Source of the DNA: Octopus vulgaris | Taxonomy: Eukaryota | Direction of reading: 5' to 3' | Length of the DNA stretch: 64,000 nucleotides | NCBI GenBank assembly: GCA_951406725.2 | Contig: OX597830.1 | Span: forward strand, 5,394,001-5,458,000 | In this document: positions 1-14,599 of the stretch, in pieces | Layout: each line of letters opens with the position of its first letter | How positions within the stretch are numbered: the stretch's first letter is position 1 | Translations under genes and position numbers: made by a program | Notes under the pieces: model-generated | Database searches by the model: none | What the model saw: only the letters and a program-made list of their open reading frames with translations | What the model was told of the DNA's origin: nothing

Positions 1-83
<83 letters not shown>
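1..83. repeat. (CTAT)n microsatellite; the same motif recurs at about 5447-5614, 6857-6985, 16776-16897, 46490-46557 and 48281-48716
   Basis: Directly visible tetranucleotide arrays. Confidence 0.98.
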
Positions 84-199
84 AATACCAATATATTTAT
101 ATAAGGATGCATATTCTGCAATAAAGTTTTCTTTTTTGTGTTTTCATATATGTTTCTTACTTCTCTCTTTAAATTATTCATTTATATTTATAGTGTACA

Positions 200-1000
200 T
201 AATGATTTTTCGTCACGTAGTTCCAGTGGTAAAACAAAAGGAAACCACGAATTAAAATCTTTAGAACAATAACAATTTTCGAAGGACTGTGTCAGCACTT
301 TCACTTCCATATGAAACATAATATCTAGATAGTTGGCAGTGAACACCATACACATCATCCGTACTTGGTGACATAAGCCTTGAATATGAATGACTTTTAT
401 TACATGTGTGAATCACTGCCATTTTTCATAGCACTGGCACAGCAGAGATTTAATATTAAAATATTTGGAAAAATCCTCAATAATAAGGTTTTTTTCCTTC
501 TACATCTAATGTTCATTGGACTTAGTGTTTTTTTTTCAATACAAAGTAAATAATCTAGCTCTAAAATTCTTTACAAAATACATGGAAATATATGTTACGT
601 TTGCCCATCTATTTAATGCCGCTTTCAGCTCATTTGTTGTAAAATGCCATCATTTTTGACGGTACTGGTGTACTAGTGTACATATATATATATATCAGTA
701 GTGTGTGTGTATAATTGAAGGCAATCATTAGAATTATATGGATCACCTGAAGGATATAGGTGTGAACATTAATTGAGAGTAATTGAGTGTTAATAGTAAA
801 AATATATCGTTTATGATACATTCCGTTTGAAAACAAGGTGTTTCTCCAAATGAGAGTTTAGTCCAGAATATATTAAATGTTTCTCCTTCTTCTGAGAGGA
901 ATGAATTGGAGATCTTTAAAAGATTGGCAAATTTTCATGGTTAATATTTACTAAATATCTTGAAATTATCAAATTGGGTGCAAATTTACACATGAAAACT
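200..1000 (-). pseudogene. Possible very old Helitron (PIF1-like) helicase remnant
   Basis: Minus-strand pieces AVIHTCNKSHSY and VHCQLSRYYVSYG loosely echo the helicase motifs AMTINKSQGQ and SHGQLYVA-SRV. Heavily decayed and matched only by eye. Confidence 0.25.
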
Positions 1001-2081
1001 ATTGTAGAATTTGGTTGTACAAATATTTAGTGAAGAGTATTCGATAATTTAGAGAGTGTTCTTGCTGAGAATCTGGCAGCATTTACATTTCATTCTGAGC
1101 GAGATATGGCAAATATATTAATGCTAGGGGAGACGTTTTACAGGGTGCAACACAAAACATGCAACATACTCAGGCCGACAAGCGTTTTAACAGCAAACAA
1201 ACGGTGAACGCCTGCACAAAATGACATACAAGCGTTATATAAATTATATTTAATGTTATGAAAATGATATACAAAAGTTATATACGAACATTTTAAGAAC
1301 AAAGACCGTAGACACCAGCGCACAGATGATAGTAAGTGAAGATGAAACGATAAAATATCATTTATATCAAGAAACCATTTCTATCTGCTTAACTTTACAA
1401 CGGCCAAAGCAATGGCCGTAAAAAATATATAACGTTTCCCTGTCACACCCTACACATGGCGTTTTATCGCAGGATTATTTACCCTCTGACAGATTTATCT
1501 AAATGGTCAACCTCTACTATATTCAATTATAGAAATATTAAAAGGGAAGATTTGGAGAAATGTGCTCTCTATAGATACTATTTGACATTTTTACTTGGCA
1601 GCAAATCCTTGCTTAGTTCTCATAGAAGATCCCTTGTAATCAGCTCTCGTAAATAATTTTCAAATATTACCTTTTAGACAATGTTTAGTTTTGCCGTGTA
1701 GCTAACAACATTCGATGTTGATACTGCTTTTGGCATTTCATATCTGTAATATAAACAGGCAACGATTCTCAGACATTAACCTCTGGAAACGACTTCGGAG
1801 GGAGCCTCGCAATCGGAGAATTTGCTATGCCGCTCTGATACCGTCACTACACCATTCACTAACCAGCCGATAGAATACTGAGAAGATTCCATCATGCGTT
1901 GTTCTGGCTGACCCCTCAGATCGAAAAAGAGCTTTCGAATCTGAATAATCATTTGGAAATAACAGCACTCACTACAAGATTGCCCTACTACTGTAATATT
2001 CAGAAACATCAAACTAATGAATCTAAACCCATGTATTGTATACATATGTATACACACACACACGCATATATATATATATAC

Positions 2082-2597
2082 ATGGTGGCTGCCCCTTCGT
2101 TATCGAGTATGGTCATTGCACGAAGCTTAATCAATGTTGTTATCGTGCAATGCCTGTGCAAGAAGATTTTTTTAAGTGAGGAAAGGCTGTGCACTGAGTC
2201 AATCCCTCTCATTAAGCAACAGCAGTCATAATCCGAAAAGAAGAACAAGTCAACATCATCGGTAACCACTGAGCTGCAGGTTTTATATCGGAGTTATCCC
2301 AGTTACCTGAGTTACCTTCTCCTAGAAGGATGCCCTAACAAAGGCTAGAAGTCCTTCACTCCCAATGGTTTAACTACGCGATCGGGTATTCAGTCCGATT
2401 ATTTCTATGTTCCCGCGCATGATACATCCTTAAGCCATTTATTGGATGACCGTTGACTCTCAAGAGTTCCTCCACCCTTTGACGGGTTTTGTTTTTCTTC
2501 CCGCAGGGTGTCCAATAAACACCCTACTCACCAAGCGAGCTTGGTGGGGTTGCCGGTTTAGTCGCCGACGATCCGACCATGCAACAGGTTGCAATGT
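2082..2597 (-). mobile_element. RTE-like non-LTR retroelement or derived non-autonomous fragment
   Basis: GC-richer island between TA/CA tracts, with segments (ccttctcctag...aaggctag; gccggtttagtcgccg) recalled from RTE-clade UTRs. No intact ORF. Confidence 0.4.
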
Positions 2598-2789
2598 GTA
2601 ATATATATATGTTATATATACATACATACATACATACATACATACATACATACATACATACATGAGTGTGTGTGTGTATGAGTGTGCGTGCCTTTGCGCG
2701 CGCGAGCGTATGTTTCTCACTGCTTCTGTCCCCCGCAACTACTGCACAAGTGCTGTTGGAGTATTTGCGTCTCCGCAATCTAGTTGTTC

Positions 2790-2921
2790 TGCAAAGTTAC
2801 CGATAAAATAAGTCCCAGGTTGAAAAGAGAAATAAGCAGTAGGGTCGTTTCGTTCTACCAAAATTCTTCAAAGTTGCACCCCAGCATGGCCGCAGTCAGA
2901 TGACTGAAACAAGTAAAAGAA

Positions 2922-2922
<1 letters not shown>
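2790..2922 (+). mobile_element. SINE family B, 3' fragment
   Basis: Ends ccagcatggccgcagtcagatgactgaaacaagtaaaaga, nearly identical to the tail of the 50973-51380 copy. Confidence 0.85.
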
Positions 2923-2959
<37 letters not shown>

Positions 2960-3103
2960 ATATAAATGTCAATGTCATATTACTTTAAAGCGCAATTACG
3001 GATAACGATCCAACAATGAGTGATTGTAGAGTTTACACGGAAATACTCAAGTTTATGGTTAGAATCAAGATGGCTGGGAGTTCGTAACACACACACACAC
3101 ACA

Positions 3104-3181
<78 letters not shown>

Positions 3182-3961
3182 AATCATGAGTAATTCAGGA
3201 TAGAAATTTAGTGGTACCGCTACAAATTTGATAATTCGTGTTTTGTAGGATTCATGTCCGAGACTGTGAGAGCTGGGATGGTGTCAGTTTTCCTGAAGCA
3301 TACAAGGGCTGTTTTATACACCATGCATATTTAGAGAGGAGACTAGTCGTTGCTGTCATGGATAACGTTTACATGATGGATGATGTACAACAGGAGATGC
3401 TACAGAAATATTACACATGGGTGAGTAAGAACTAAGAAACTAGTTTAATACATTTTACGTTCAACATGTCAGCTCTTTAATCAGGCACTTATCATTGGTA
3501 AAATGGTAACTAGAGTGTCTATAAGTGTCCCTAATGTAATTAATACCGAGCGAGATATGTTTAATGGTTTCATGCCGGGAATGGAAACCGGGTCGTGATC
3601 GCAGTTTGACTGGTTTTTCGGAAGTATAGATCTCTCGTTCCCTACGGTATTGACTGCCAGTCAAAAAAAAAAACAAAAAAAAATAATGCTAATATAGAGA
3701 GTTTTACGAGGGAGCAATAAATTATGAAGAACAACAATAATGATAAAAATAATAAATTCCATTATCTTAAAACAAACAAAAAAAATACAGGAAAGATACA
3801 AGGAAATATGAAAATAAAAGAAAGTAAATATAAATAAAGAAATAAATTCGGAGCTAAACGAATTTGTTTTGTTTTTAAACTGATGTTAATCCAACGCAAT
3901 GTGGTCACTTAGGCCTTCCAAGCACGAACCGCTTATAACTTTAGCGATAAGGAAGGAATAA

Positions 3962-3981
3962 TACTAATAATAATGATGATG

Positions 3982-4033
<52 letters not shown>

Positions 4034-4035
4034 TG

Positions 4036-4085
<50 letters not shown>

Positions 4086-4153
4086 TATTATTATTATTAT
4101 TATTATTATAATGATGATAATAACAACAATAACAACAATAATAATAATAATAA
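3962..4153. repeat. (AAT)n microsatellite containing a short inverted (TAT)n block at about 4084-4110
   Basis: Directly visible. Confidence 0.95.
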
Positions 4154-4342
4154 GTACTTCAGTAAATAGCATTAAAAAGTACACTAATTGTATTATTGAA
4201 ACATATTCCAAACAAAGAAAACGATTGAATTAAGAATAAAAAATGGACGAAGTGTAACTAAACATACATACATGCATATATACATACATACATTTACAAA
4301 TACATATGTGTACACACACATTCATACACCTATATATATACT

Positions 4343-4383
<41 letters not shown>

Positions 4384-4442
4384 GCATGTATACATGTATG
4401 TATTTATACGTATAGATATACAGACATGTATGTATATAAGTA

Positions 4443-4504
<62 letters not shown>

Positions 4505-5082
4505 TACACACACATATATATATATATATATACATATATACATATATACATATATATATACATATACGTATACATATATATATATATATACACAAACAGG
4601 CATACATACACACACACATACACACGCACATATATGGGAAATAAGTAGATAAATAAAGAATTTTGGTGGAGATGGAAAGTGTTTTCCGCTGCTGGTAAAC
4701 GAACCATTTGCAATAGATTGCAATGATATATATTCATGCCTCATAGAATTAAAACATTGAATCGAGACGCGAACATAGAAAATATTCTGTTTGGCGCTTC
4801 CACTTGGGTGGATGTAAAAGGAGAGAATATGAAATGAACAAAAAAAAAAAAAAAGAAAAGAAAAAAAGGAATGGGTAAAATAGCTAATAAATAGAAAAAT
4901 AATAAATGTAGAAAACAAAGAAGAAAAGGAAGAATGAGCAAGCGAGGAATGGTTTGTAGGTCAGCACGCCAAGATGGCGTCATTTTACATTCTCCCACCG
5001 GAAAGAATATATTATTGAAAGTTACAGTTTTGATATATCCAACAAGTTTTAAGTGAAAGCTTTGCAGAATGAAGAGCAGATG

Positions 5083-5139
<57 letters not shown>

Positions 5140-5445
5140 CGAGAGAGAGAGTGCGAGAGAGAGGAGTGTGATAGATAGATAGTTAGATAGGTAGATAGGT
5201 ACATAGCGAGAGAAAGAGAGAGAGGGAGAGAGGGCATTGCAATTTAAACTGGATATATGACGTCAAAGTTAAGAATGTAAGGGAGAATGGAGAGAAGGAA
5301 GATTGGACGTAAATGTAGTCTTGAATATTCTAGAATGGAAATGGAATTCGGAGTTGAAATGAAATAAGCTTAAAAAGAAGAACGATTTGCATGTTATAAC
5401 AAGATTTGGAGCTGTGGGAAACGCGGTGCGAATGACTATACATGC

Positions 5446-5615
<170 letters not shown>

Positions 5616-5873
5616 GTAGCTAGCTAGCTGTCTCTCTGTCTATATCGTTGACAATACTTCAACTGAAGTTCATCAGTCTCATATTTAGTACTCAATACAA
5701 ACTTTGGAGCTAGTTCTGCTTTTTTGTTAAGTATTACATAATATAACTAGCTTTAGACTCGGTGGTAACCTTCTAAATAGATGTACGTGAACTAGGCTAA
5801 AATATAAGGCTTCATAACCGCACACATTGACAAGCGGGAGTCGAAACGATTGTAATGTAATATCTTAGATGAA

Positions 5874-5911
<38 letters not shown>

Positions 5912-5964
5912 CATTAAGAGGAAATATACATACGTACACAAACAACACATATACGCTTATTTTA

Positions 5965-6366
5965 CCCACGTAGTTGTGTGGTGTAAAAAGCTTGATTCCC
6001 AACCACATGGTTCTGAGTTCAGTTCCACTTCGAGACACTTTGCGCAAGCGTCTTCTGTTGTAGCCTCAGGCCGACCAAAGCCTTGTGAGTGGATTTGGTA
6101 GACAGAAACTGAAAGAAGCCCATCATGTATGTATATATATATATATATATGCCTGTCTTTGTATCTCTGTTTGTCCCTCTACCATTGCTTGACAACCGAT
6201 GTTGGTATGTTTACGTCCCCGTAACTTAGCGGCTCGGCGAAAGCGAACTATGGAATAAGTACTAGGCTTACAATGAATAAACCCTAGGGTCGATTTCTTT
6301 GACTAAAACCTTTCAAGACGGTGTTCAAGCATGGCCGCAGTCAAAGGGCTGAATCGACTAAAAGAA
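5965..6366 (+). mobile_element. SINE family B (tRNA head, CORE-like box, LINE-like tail), near full length
   Basis: Colinear with 50973-51380: gtgtggt A box, gagttcagttcc B box, ccttgtgagtggatttggtagac, internal TA tract, gcatggccgcagtc tail. Confidence 0.9.
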
Positions 6367-6427
6367 TATCTGCATCTCTACCCCCCACTTCTCTCTCTCT
6401 CTCTCTTTCTCTCTCTTTCCTACTATA

Positions 6428-6462
<35 letters not shown>

Positions 6463-6889
6463 GCGTGTGTGTGTATGTGTGTGTTTATGTGTGTGAGTCC
6501 TTGAGCACACTGCTCTCAAAGATTTCCTTGCAATATCACTTCTATGTTAAGAAAGATCAGCTGAAATACTTGAACATAATTATAAGGACTTCTCGAGATT
6601 GTAGGATGAAATAAGTCGGGGTTTGATCTTACGACACACACAACCGAGACAGATTTAGCAAAGACATCACTTTATTTGATGCTTCAGCGTTCTACTTATC
6701 CACTAAGATGAAGTGGGACTCCATCTGTCAAAAAACAACAGATGAAAGATAAAAACTGAAGAAACGAGACTTGAATTCAGGACAAACAGAGAGGGAACTG
6801 ATAATGCAAGGCACTTTTCTAACATTCTAACCGTTCTGCTTTTCTCTGCCATATATATCTATCTATCTATCAATCTATCTATCTATCTG

Positions 6890-6966
<77 letters not shown>

Positions 6967-7004
6967 TTATCTAGCTAGCTATCTATATATATATATGTGT
7001 GTAC

Positions 7005-7049
<45 letters not shown>

Positions 7050-7104
7050 ATTGTGACTGTGTATTTGTATACACACATTATATATACATACATACATATA
7101 TGCA

Positions 7105-7280
7105 TATATGTTCTGTTACTCTTCTGCTGCCATACTGGAGTTTTAGCCGAATAAATCGGCCACTGGACTTATTCTTTGTAAGCCAGTACTTATTCTATCG
7201 GTCTGTTTTGCCAAACGGCTAAGTTGCAGGGACATAAACAGACCAGCATCTTTTTGGTTGTCAAGCGATTGCGGAATGAA

Positions 7281-7315
<35 letters not shown>

Positions 7316-7440
7316 CGACAAGCTTCTTTCAGTTTCCGTCAACCAAATCTACTCTCAACGCTTTGGCTGATCTGAGGCTATAGTAGAAGACACTTGCCCA
7401 AGGTATCAGACAGTGGGACTTTAACCCGGAACCATGTGGT
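7105..7440 (-). mobile_element. SINE family B, diverged copy
   Basis: agaagacacttgcccaagg and ccggaaccatgtgg are reverse complements of the family B CORE box and head. Confidence 0.85.
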
Positions 7441-8177
7441 TCTTATAGACAGACCACATACAAATACTTCGTTTCAGTTTCATTTTTCCACTCCTCAGTG
7501 AAACCGTAACGATTGAGGAAGACGCATAACGAAAGAACCGTCCCGTGAGATCGATCGTGCAGTCCTGTAACATGGAAGCAAACTTCTCTACCACAGCGAC
7601 CATGGCTTCTTCTTTATTGGGCTACTTTTAATTACTTTCGTTTCGCCAAACTATCCAGACTTTCCATGTCATGTGACCGCAACATGTCGATGAAATAAAC
7701 TCGGTAAATTAATATATGTACTTCCAATAATGAGAGCTAGCTACAGAGGGTAAAATAGATACATACACAAAGCACACATACTCACACAGACATATCTAAC
7801 GTACGAGAGAGTGAGTGAGTGAATGAGAGAGAGAGGGGGGAGGGAGAGAGCTAGATAACGAAAGAGTGAGAAAATCTCATAAGGAATTTTGAGAAAGGAT
7901 AATATAAAGATATGAAAACGGATCAAAGTCGGGTTTTTAATAAGATTTATCTCAAAGAACAACTTCTTTCCAACACACACACACGCACACACAAACATAC
8001 ACACACACGCACACACACACACACACACATACACACACACACTCTCATACACACGCACATACACACCCCACACATTATACACACATCTGTATATCATACA
8101 TACAAGTATATGTTTGTGTGTATGTATATATACGTATATATATTCATACACACATTCACATATCATACACACCCGTG

Positions 8178-8213
<36 letters not shown>

Positions 8214-8616
8214 CGTACGTATATATATATATATGTACGCACACACAAATATATGTATACCCATACGTATTTTTGTATATATTCTTCTGTATATGTCTCT
8301 GTCTTGCTCAGGATAAATATTACAGCAGTATATACACCTATTCACATATACACATCCGCATACCGCGTACATATATACACTCAGTGCTAGAGAGAGAGAG
8401 GGCGAGAGCGAGAGAGACATGTTTGGATAGATAATGACGTTCTATGAATATCTAAGCGTCACTGACACTAAAAGAGGAGACGAGACATATTAAATGGTTA
8501 CAGACGTGTTTAATATTAAAGCGAATTCTTCTGATTGACGAAGAGCTTGTTGACCATAAACACATTGATATATACGTAAATATAGACATACATGCATACA
8601 GAGATATCTATGCATG

Positions 8617-8675
<59 letters not shown>

Positions 8676-8876
8676 GCATAGACATCTATGTATGCATGTA
8701 TGTCTATATTTACGTATATATATATATATATATATATATAAATATCAGTAATGCAATACAAAGTATTGCCTTCCAGTAAAAAGTAGCCCGTGAGGGAAAA
8801 ATACACAAATTAGTAAATAAGTGGCACAACTAAGTACCGATATTTACTGGAAATAGCGAACGTAAAAATACATCTT

Positions 8877-8943
<67 letters not shown>

Positions 8944-9489
8944 TATTATATATCATTATATATCTTGTGTGCTTTTATTCAAAGAAAAGAACGAGTGTGG
9001 TTTTTCAAGTTTTCTTAATTCCCCTCGCGCTTCATAACATGGCAATATAAACAGTTGACTCTTAAAAATGCTGTAGCAACGAAAGTTACGGAAACATGCG
9101 ATGATGTTGTTGTTTTTGATAGTGTTGCTGTTGTTGTTGCTCTTTCTTCGTCTCCTTCTTCTTCTTCTTCTTCTTCTTCTTCTTCTTCTTCTTCTTCTTC
9201 TTCTTCTTCTTCTTCTTCTTCTTTTTGTCTAGCAGGTCTAGCGACCACGTAACGGTTACCTTTTAGCTCGTTGAAGTAAAAAATCTAAAGGAAGCGTTGG
9301 TAATTTCTATATTTCCCAGCCCTTTCCAGATGAGAATTTTCTTCAACAGTCTAGCTTTTTAACTCTGGCAGAGTGTATCTAGGAATGTATTATTAAGCCT
9401 GCCCATGGTTGTTTAAAATAGAATTATATATTTGGATGGAAATTCAGTTGCTACTTCTAGACATCAAGTGGCCCTTCCTTACTGATATC

Positions 9490-10600
9490 AAGTTTATTGA
9501 ATATTATTGATTTCAAATTTTGACTCAAGAATAGCAATACGTCGATTAAATCAACCTCTATGATCAACTGGGACTTATTTTTAACGACCTCGAAAAGATG
9601 AAAGGCAGAGTTGACCCCCAGCGGAATTTGAACCCTGAAGGGAAATGCAGACGATATGCCGCTAAGCACTTTGCCCAGCGCGCTAACGATTCTTTTCTAC
9701 TCTAGACACAAGGCCTGAAATTTGGTGGAAGGGGACAAGTCGATTACATCGACTGCAGTACGCAACTGGTACTTAATTTATCGACCCCGAAAGGATGAAA
9801 GGCAAATTTATACCTCGGCGGAGATTGAATTGAGAGCGTAGCGACGGGTGAAATTACATCGACCCTCGTACTCAACTGGTACTGGTTTTATCGGCCCCGA
9901 AAGAATGAAATACAAAGAAACTTCGATGGAATTTAGACTTCGAACGTAAAGATGGTCGAAATGTCGCTAAGCATTTTGCCGGCGTGCTAAAGATTATTCC
10001 AGCTTGCCACTTTTTTATTTATCTATATAAATAATTTTTTCTACTGGAGGCACAAGGCCTCAAATTTGGCTGGAGGGGACTAGTCGATTATATCGACCCC
10101 AGTCTTTCACTGGTATTTAATTTATCGATCCTCGAAAGGATGACAGGCAAAGTCAACCTCGGCGGAAATTGAACCCAGAACTTAGCGGCAGACGAAATAC
10201 CTATTTCTTTACTACACACAAGGGGCTAAACACAGAGAGGACAAACAAGGACAGACACACGGATTAAGTCGATTACATCGACCCCAGAGCGTAACTGGTA
10301 CTTATTTAATCGACCCCGAAAGGATGAAAGGCAAAGTCGACCTCGGCGGAATTTGAACTCAGAACGACTCTGCCAGCTTGCCACTTTTCTTATTTATATC
10401 AACAATCCTTTAAATTATAGGCACAAGGCCTTAAATGTTGTGGGAGGGGGCAAGTCTATTAGATCGACCCCAGTGCGCAACTAGTACTTAATTTATCAAT
10501 CCGAAAAAGACGAAAGACAAAGTCGACCTCGGCGGAATTTGAACTCAGAACGTAGCGACGAACGAAACAACGCTAAGCATTTCTGCGATCTTGCTGCCTT
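9490..10600 (-). mobile_element. Tandem cluster of about 6 SINE family A units
   Basis: Repeated block atcgaccccgaaaggatgaaaggcaaagtcgacctcggcggaatttgaactcagaac at about 9585, 9780, 9890, 10125, 10310 and 10495, all in the same orientation. Confidence 0.92.
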
Positions 10601-11401
10601 TTGTTTATATCAATTATGACAAAGCACTTTAGTTACTGCAGTTCAAGAAAACGCGAAGCCGACGAGATGGTCATCGTTGGAAAGCCTTTGACATGTTGCA
10701 AAATAATAATTAATCTTAAAACAACATTTCTTAACGTTCTGAAGTTATAGACACGTTTATGGAGTTTTAATACAAACTAACTCTGATTCTTTGATAATCG
10801 TCTGCTTTTTACTTTTTATTTCCTTCTGGAAATTTGACGTCTGTAGATTGATCCTAACCCAAATTATGTAAAAGACTTGCAGAAAATCGATATGGGAACT
10901 CCCAGCATTATGTGAACTTAACCACTTGCATGCACAGCATTCAATTGAATTTGTCTTTCTGATTCTATTCACTCTTTGACTACAGAAATTGCATCTTCAT
11001 CTCCGATTGAAGGCTGTTTTGTTGGGTTATTGTGAAGACATTGTGTGTCTTGTTTTGTTTTGTCTTATTTTTTCGCTACTCCATACATATGGCTCATTCA
11101 CGATGTTATGGTACTTCAAGTAAAGGTATTATTAGAAAGGCCACGCTTCCTATTGTCAGCGTCGTGTATTGCAACTGTGACACCGTTGTTGCTGTGGTGA
11201 CAGTTTTGTCAGAAAATATTTGAACAGTCTCCAGGTTTCTTTTCATGTCTATAGGAACAGTTTCAGCGGAATATTAACACAAACACACCTCATTATGTTT
11301 ATATTTCTGTATTCACACAGACATACATACAAACACATATAAGTATATACATATTTTTGTGTGCGTGAGGATTTATACATACATATATATGTTTAAATAT
11401 A

Positions 11402-11451
<50 letters not shown>

Positions 11452-11472
11452 ATATATATATGTATATGCATG

Positions 11473-11505
<33 letters not shown>

Positions 11506-12795
11506 GTATATATATGTATGTATATATATGTATATATATATATGTATATATATGTATGTTTATATATATATGTATATATATATATATATATGTATGTATA
11601 TATATATGTATATATATATGTATGTATGTATCTGTGTATGTCCACAGGTATCCACAGATATCGTTTCATTTCTGGTTTCTATTTTCCATGCATATTTCTT
11701 CTTTCTTTCTTCACCTTGACAAAAGGGGTCGCGTCCACTTTTCCTTTGCTCTTTTGAGTTTATGATCCGCTGTGCACAACTTTTATGTTGCTTTTAAAAA
11801 ATATGTGTCTACCGGTTGTTACATCTCACATGGTCCAAACTATACAAACACACACACAAACACAGACAATGACACACACATATATACATACAAATATACA
11901 TATTTATACATACATGTAAGTATGAACGTGAATTTCGTATTGTATATTTTACTCGTATTGACAAATAATTCATAGATGCAAATAGAATATCTTAGCGTAT
12001 TAAAGAACACAAGGAAATAGGTGGGCGTGGGGGAGCTGGAGATCATACTTGTGAGTATTATACGGACGTATAAATGTAGGTTAGAGTGTCTGAGACCAGA
12101 AACATATATCCGTCACATGAATAGATCAAAATAAATACGAATCTTTTAAGCATTTAATATTCTATTTTGTACTTTACTTCCGACAAGAAGGATATGCACT
12201 ATGCACACGTCATTCAGGCTTAATCAGACGAAAGATGCATTGCAGCTAACTGTGGAATATCGAGAGTATCAACGATGGCGGCTTTCAAAAAATAGCCCCA
12301 AGTATTTATAAAAACCGAATGAAATTGCTCATCCTTAGGCTATTACCAATTGTGTACAATTCTACAAATAAAGGCTTAAATTTCAGACGTAGTAATTAAA
12401 TCGAAACGGAGGTTTATTAAATGTCAGTAATTTTGAAAGCATTTTGTAGAAATCAAGAGGATATTCGTCCTTGCGCATTAATATATCCTGATATGTGTAT
12501 TTAAAACTGGCTCAGAAGACCATCGAAATCAGCCTAGGGCTTTAATTGCAAAATAGGTTACTGGTAATCATTATCTCGTTAGTTTCTGAGGACCATCGAT
12601 ATAAGCACTAAACTCTACTACTATCTCTCGTCCAGTATTCGCCCCTAGCATTGCAACAAAGGAATACTAGAAACCACCCCCAAATCTGCTTGGCATCAAA
12701 TATCAGGTGTCCATTTCTGACCATCAAAAACTATGTATGTATGTATGTATGTATGTATGTATGTATGTATGTATGTATGTATGTATGTATGTATG

Positions 12796-12830
<35 letters not shown>

Positions 12831-13070
12831 TTATATATTTGTTTGTATATATGTATATGTGCGTGAGCACACACACACATATATATACACATACATATAC
12901 GTATACATATACAGTATATACATATAAATATATGTGCGTGTATATATATATATGTATGTATACATATATATGTATACATGTATATATACATATATATATA
13001 CATATATATATGTTGTCTATATGGAAGATATAATTATATATAGATGTATACATGTATGTATTTATGTATG

Positions 13071-13105
<35 letters not shown>

Positions 13106-13106
<1 letters not shown>

Positions 13107-13411
13107 ACCGTGATCACCGTGACCGACCAGGCTATCAGATGTTGTTACACATCGCTGGTCACAATGCGCTTCGCATTGTTTTAGCCTTTAAATGACGCCA
13201 CCCCGCTGGCTAAGCGAGCAGGCCAACAGAAGAAAGAGTGAAAGAAAGTTGTGGCGAAAGAGTACATCAGGGATCGCCGCCCCCTGCCGGAGGCTCGTGG
13301 AGCTTTCGGTGTTTTCGCTCAATAAACACTCACAACGCCCGGTCTGGGAATCGAAACCGCGATCCTACGACCGCGAGTCCGCTGCCCTAACCACTAGGCC
13401 ATTGCGCCTCC
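13106..13411 (-). mobile_element. SINE family C with tRNA(Arg)-like head, full length, inserted in (TA)n
   Basis: Minus strand begins ggaggcgcaatggcctagtggttagggcagcggactcgcggtcgtaggatcgcggtttcgattcccagacc, giving Pol III A and B boxes and a TCG anticodon-like loop. About 230 nt of non-tRNA body follows. Confidence 0.88.
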
Positions 13412-13444
<33 letters not shown>

Positions 13445-13499
13445 CATATACATATATATATATATACATATATTTATATGCACACTGATGCTGGCATAA

Positions 13500-13900
13500 C
13501 GACGTTGGAGTTTTATACTCTGTCAATTAATACTTGCATTATGAAATATCCAGAGAAATGAGATTGCACAATGTTAGGGTATTAACGATAAATTGAGTAT
13601 AGCTTGTGTCATACCAATTCAAAAAGATAAAGTATTAAGCAAAACACAAGCAAAATTCAGCAACAATAACACAAAACCAGATATTGTCATTAAGTACCAG
13701 CAGCAAAAGAAATATCTGCTGAACAACGTATCAATCCGATCAGACGCCAGAATATCTCCAAAGGAAATGGGAAAATGATTGAAATATATAGATCTGAAAG
13801 TAGAGATAACCAAGAATGAAAAGAGAGAAGAGATAAAAACACCATTATAATTAGTGACTCGACAAAGATGAATCAGCATGTAACTAGATCAGAAAACTAA
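13500..13900 (+). mobile_element. Dong/R4-like LINE fragment (restriction-like endonuclease domain), decayed
   Basis: Translation KPDIVIKYQQQKKYLLNNVSIRSDARISPKEMGK..KYIDLKVEI matches the PD..D..K..KY pattern of RLE-type non-LTR elements. Confidence 0.75.
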
Positions 13901-14079
13901 TGCCAAACGACTTAAAACCAATATAGAACATTATCATTACGAGGCACCAACGGCACATATAAAATAGAGGATATTTTTTTAACCATAGACAAACTGCAAA
14001 AAACGATAGAACCCAGGCCATGTAAGCCTGCATACGTTAACTCCATAGAAGCAGTGAATTCTATATAAACAACAACAAC

Positions 14080-14137
14080 GACACCAACGACAATAACAAT
14101 GATGATAACGATGATGATGATGATAATAAAGATAATG

Positions 14138-14200
<63 letters not shown>

Positions 14201-14206
14201 TAATAC

Positions 14207-14268
<62 letters not shown>

Positions 14269-14496
14269 GTAATAATAATAATAATAATAATAATAGCAGG
14301 TGATGCAGTTGATATCTACTTGAAACTACTAAATGTTGAACAATGATAATGATAAAGATGATGATGATGATGATAACGATAATAATAATAATAATAATGA
14401 TGATGATGATGATGATGATGATGATAACAGTAGTAATAATAACAACAACAATAATAATAACAATAATAGTTAAAATCATACTAACAATAATAATCC

Positions 14497-14527
<31 letters not shown>

Positions 14528-14581
14528 AAGAAGAAGAAGAAGAAGAAGAAGAAGAAGAAGAAGAAGAAGAAGAAGAAGAAA
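14080..14581. repeat. Compound (AAT)/(GAT)/(AAG)n microsatellite
   Basis: Directly visible. Confidence 0.97.
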
Positions 14582-14599
14582 AATGCCCTAGACTCTGTA

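Noticed and set aside
1127-1441. Possible MITE with 10-bp imperfect TIRs (gggagacgtt / aacgtttccc)
   Set aside because: TIRs are too short, with no TSD and no second copy in the window.
1776-1940. Possible minus-strand exon (IRKLFFDLRGQPEQ...)
   Set aside because: Weak donor (GTTAAT), poor pyrimidine tract and no recognisable protein similarity.
13339-13411. tRNA-Arg gene
   Set aside because: The acceptor stem does not close, and the sequence continues into a SINE body without a poly-T terminator, so it is a SINE head.
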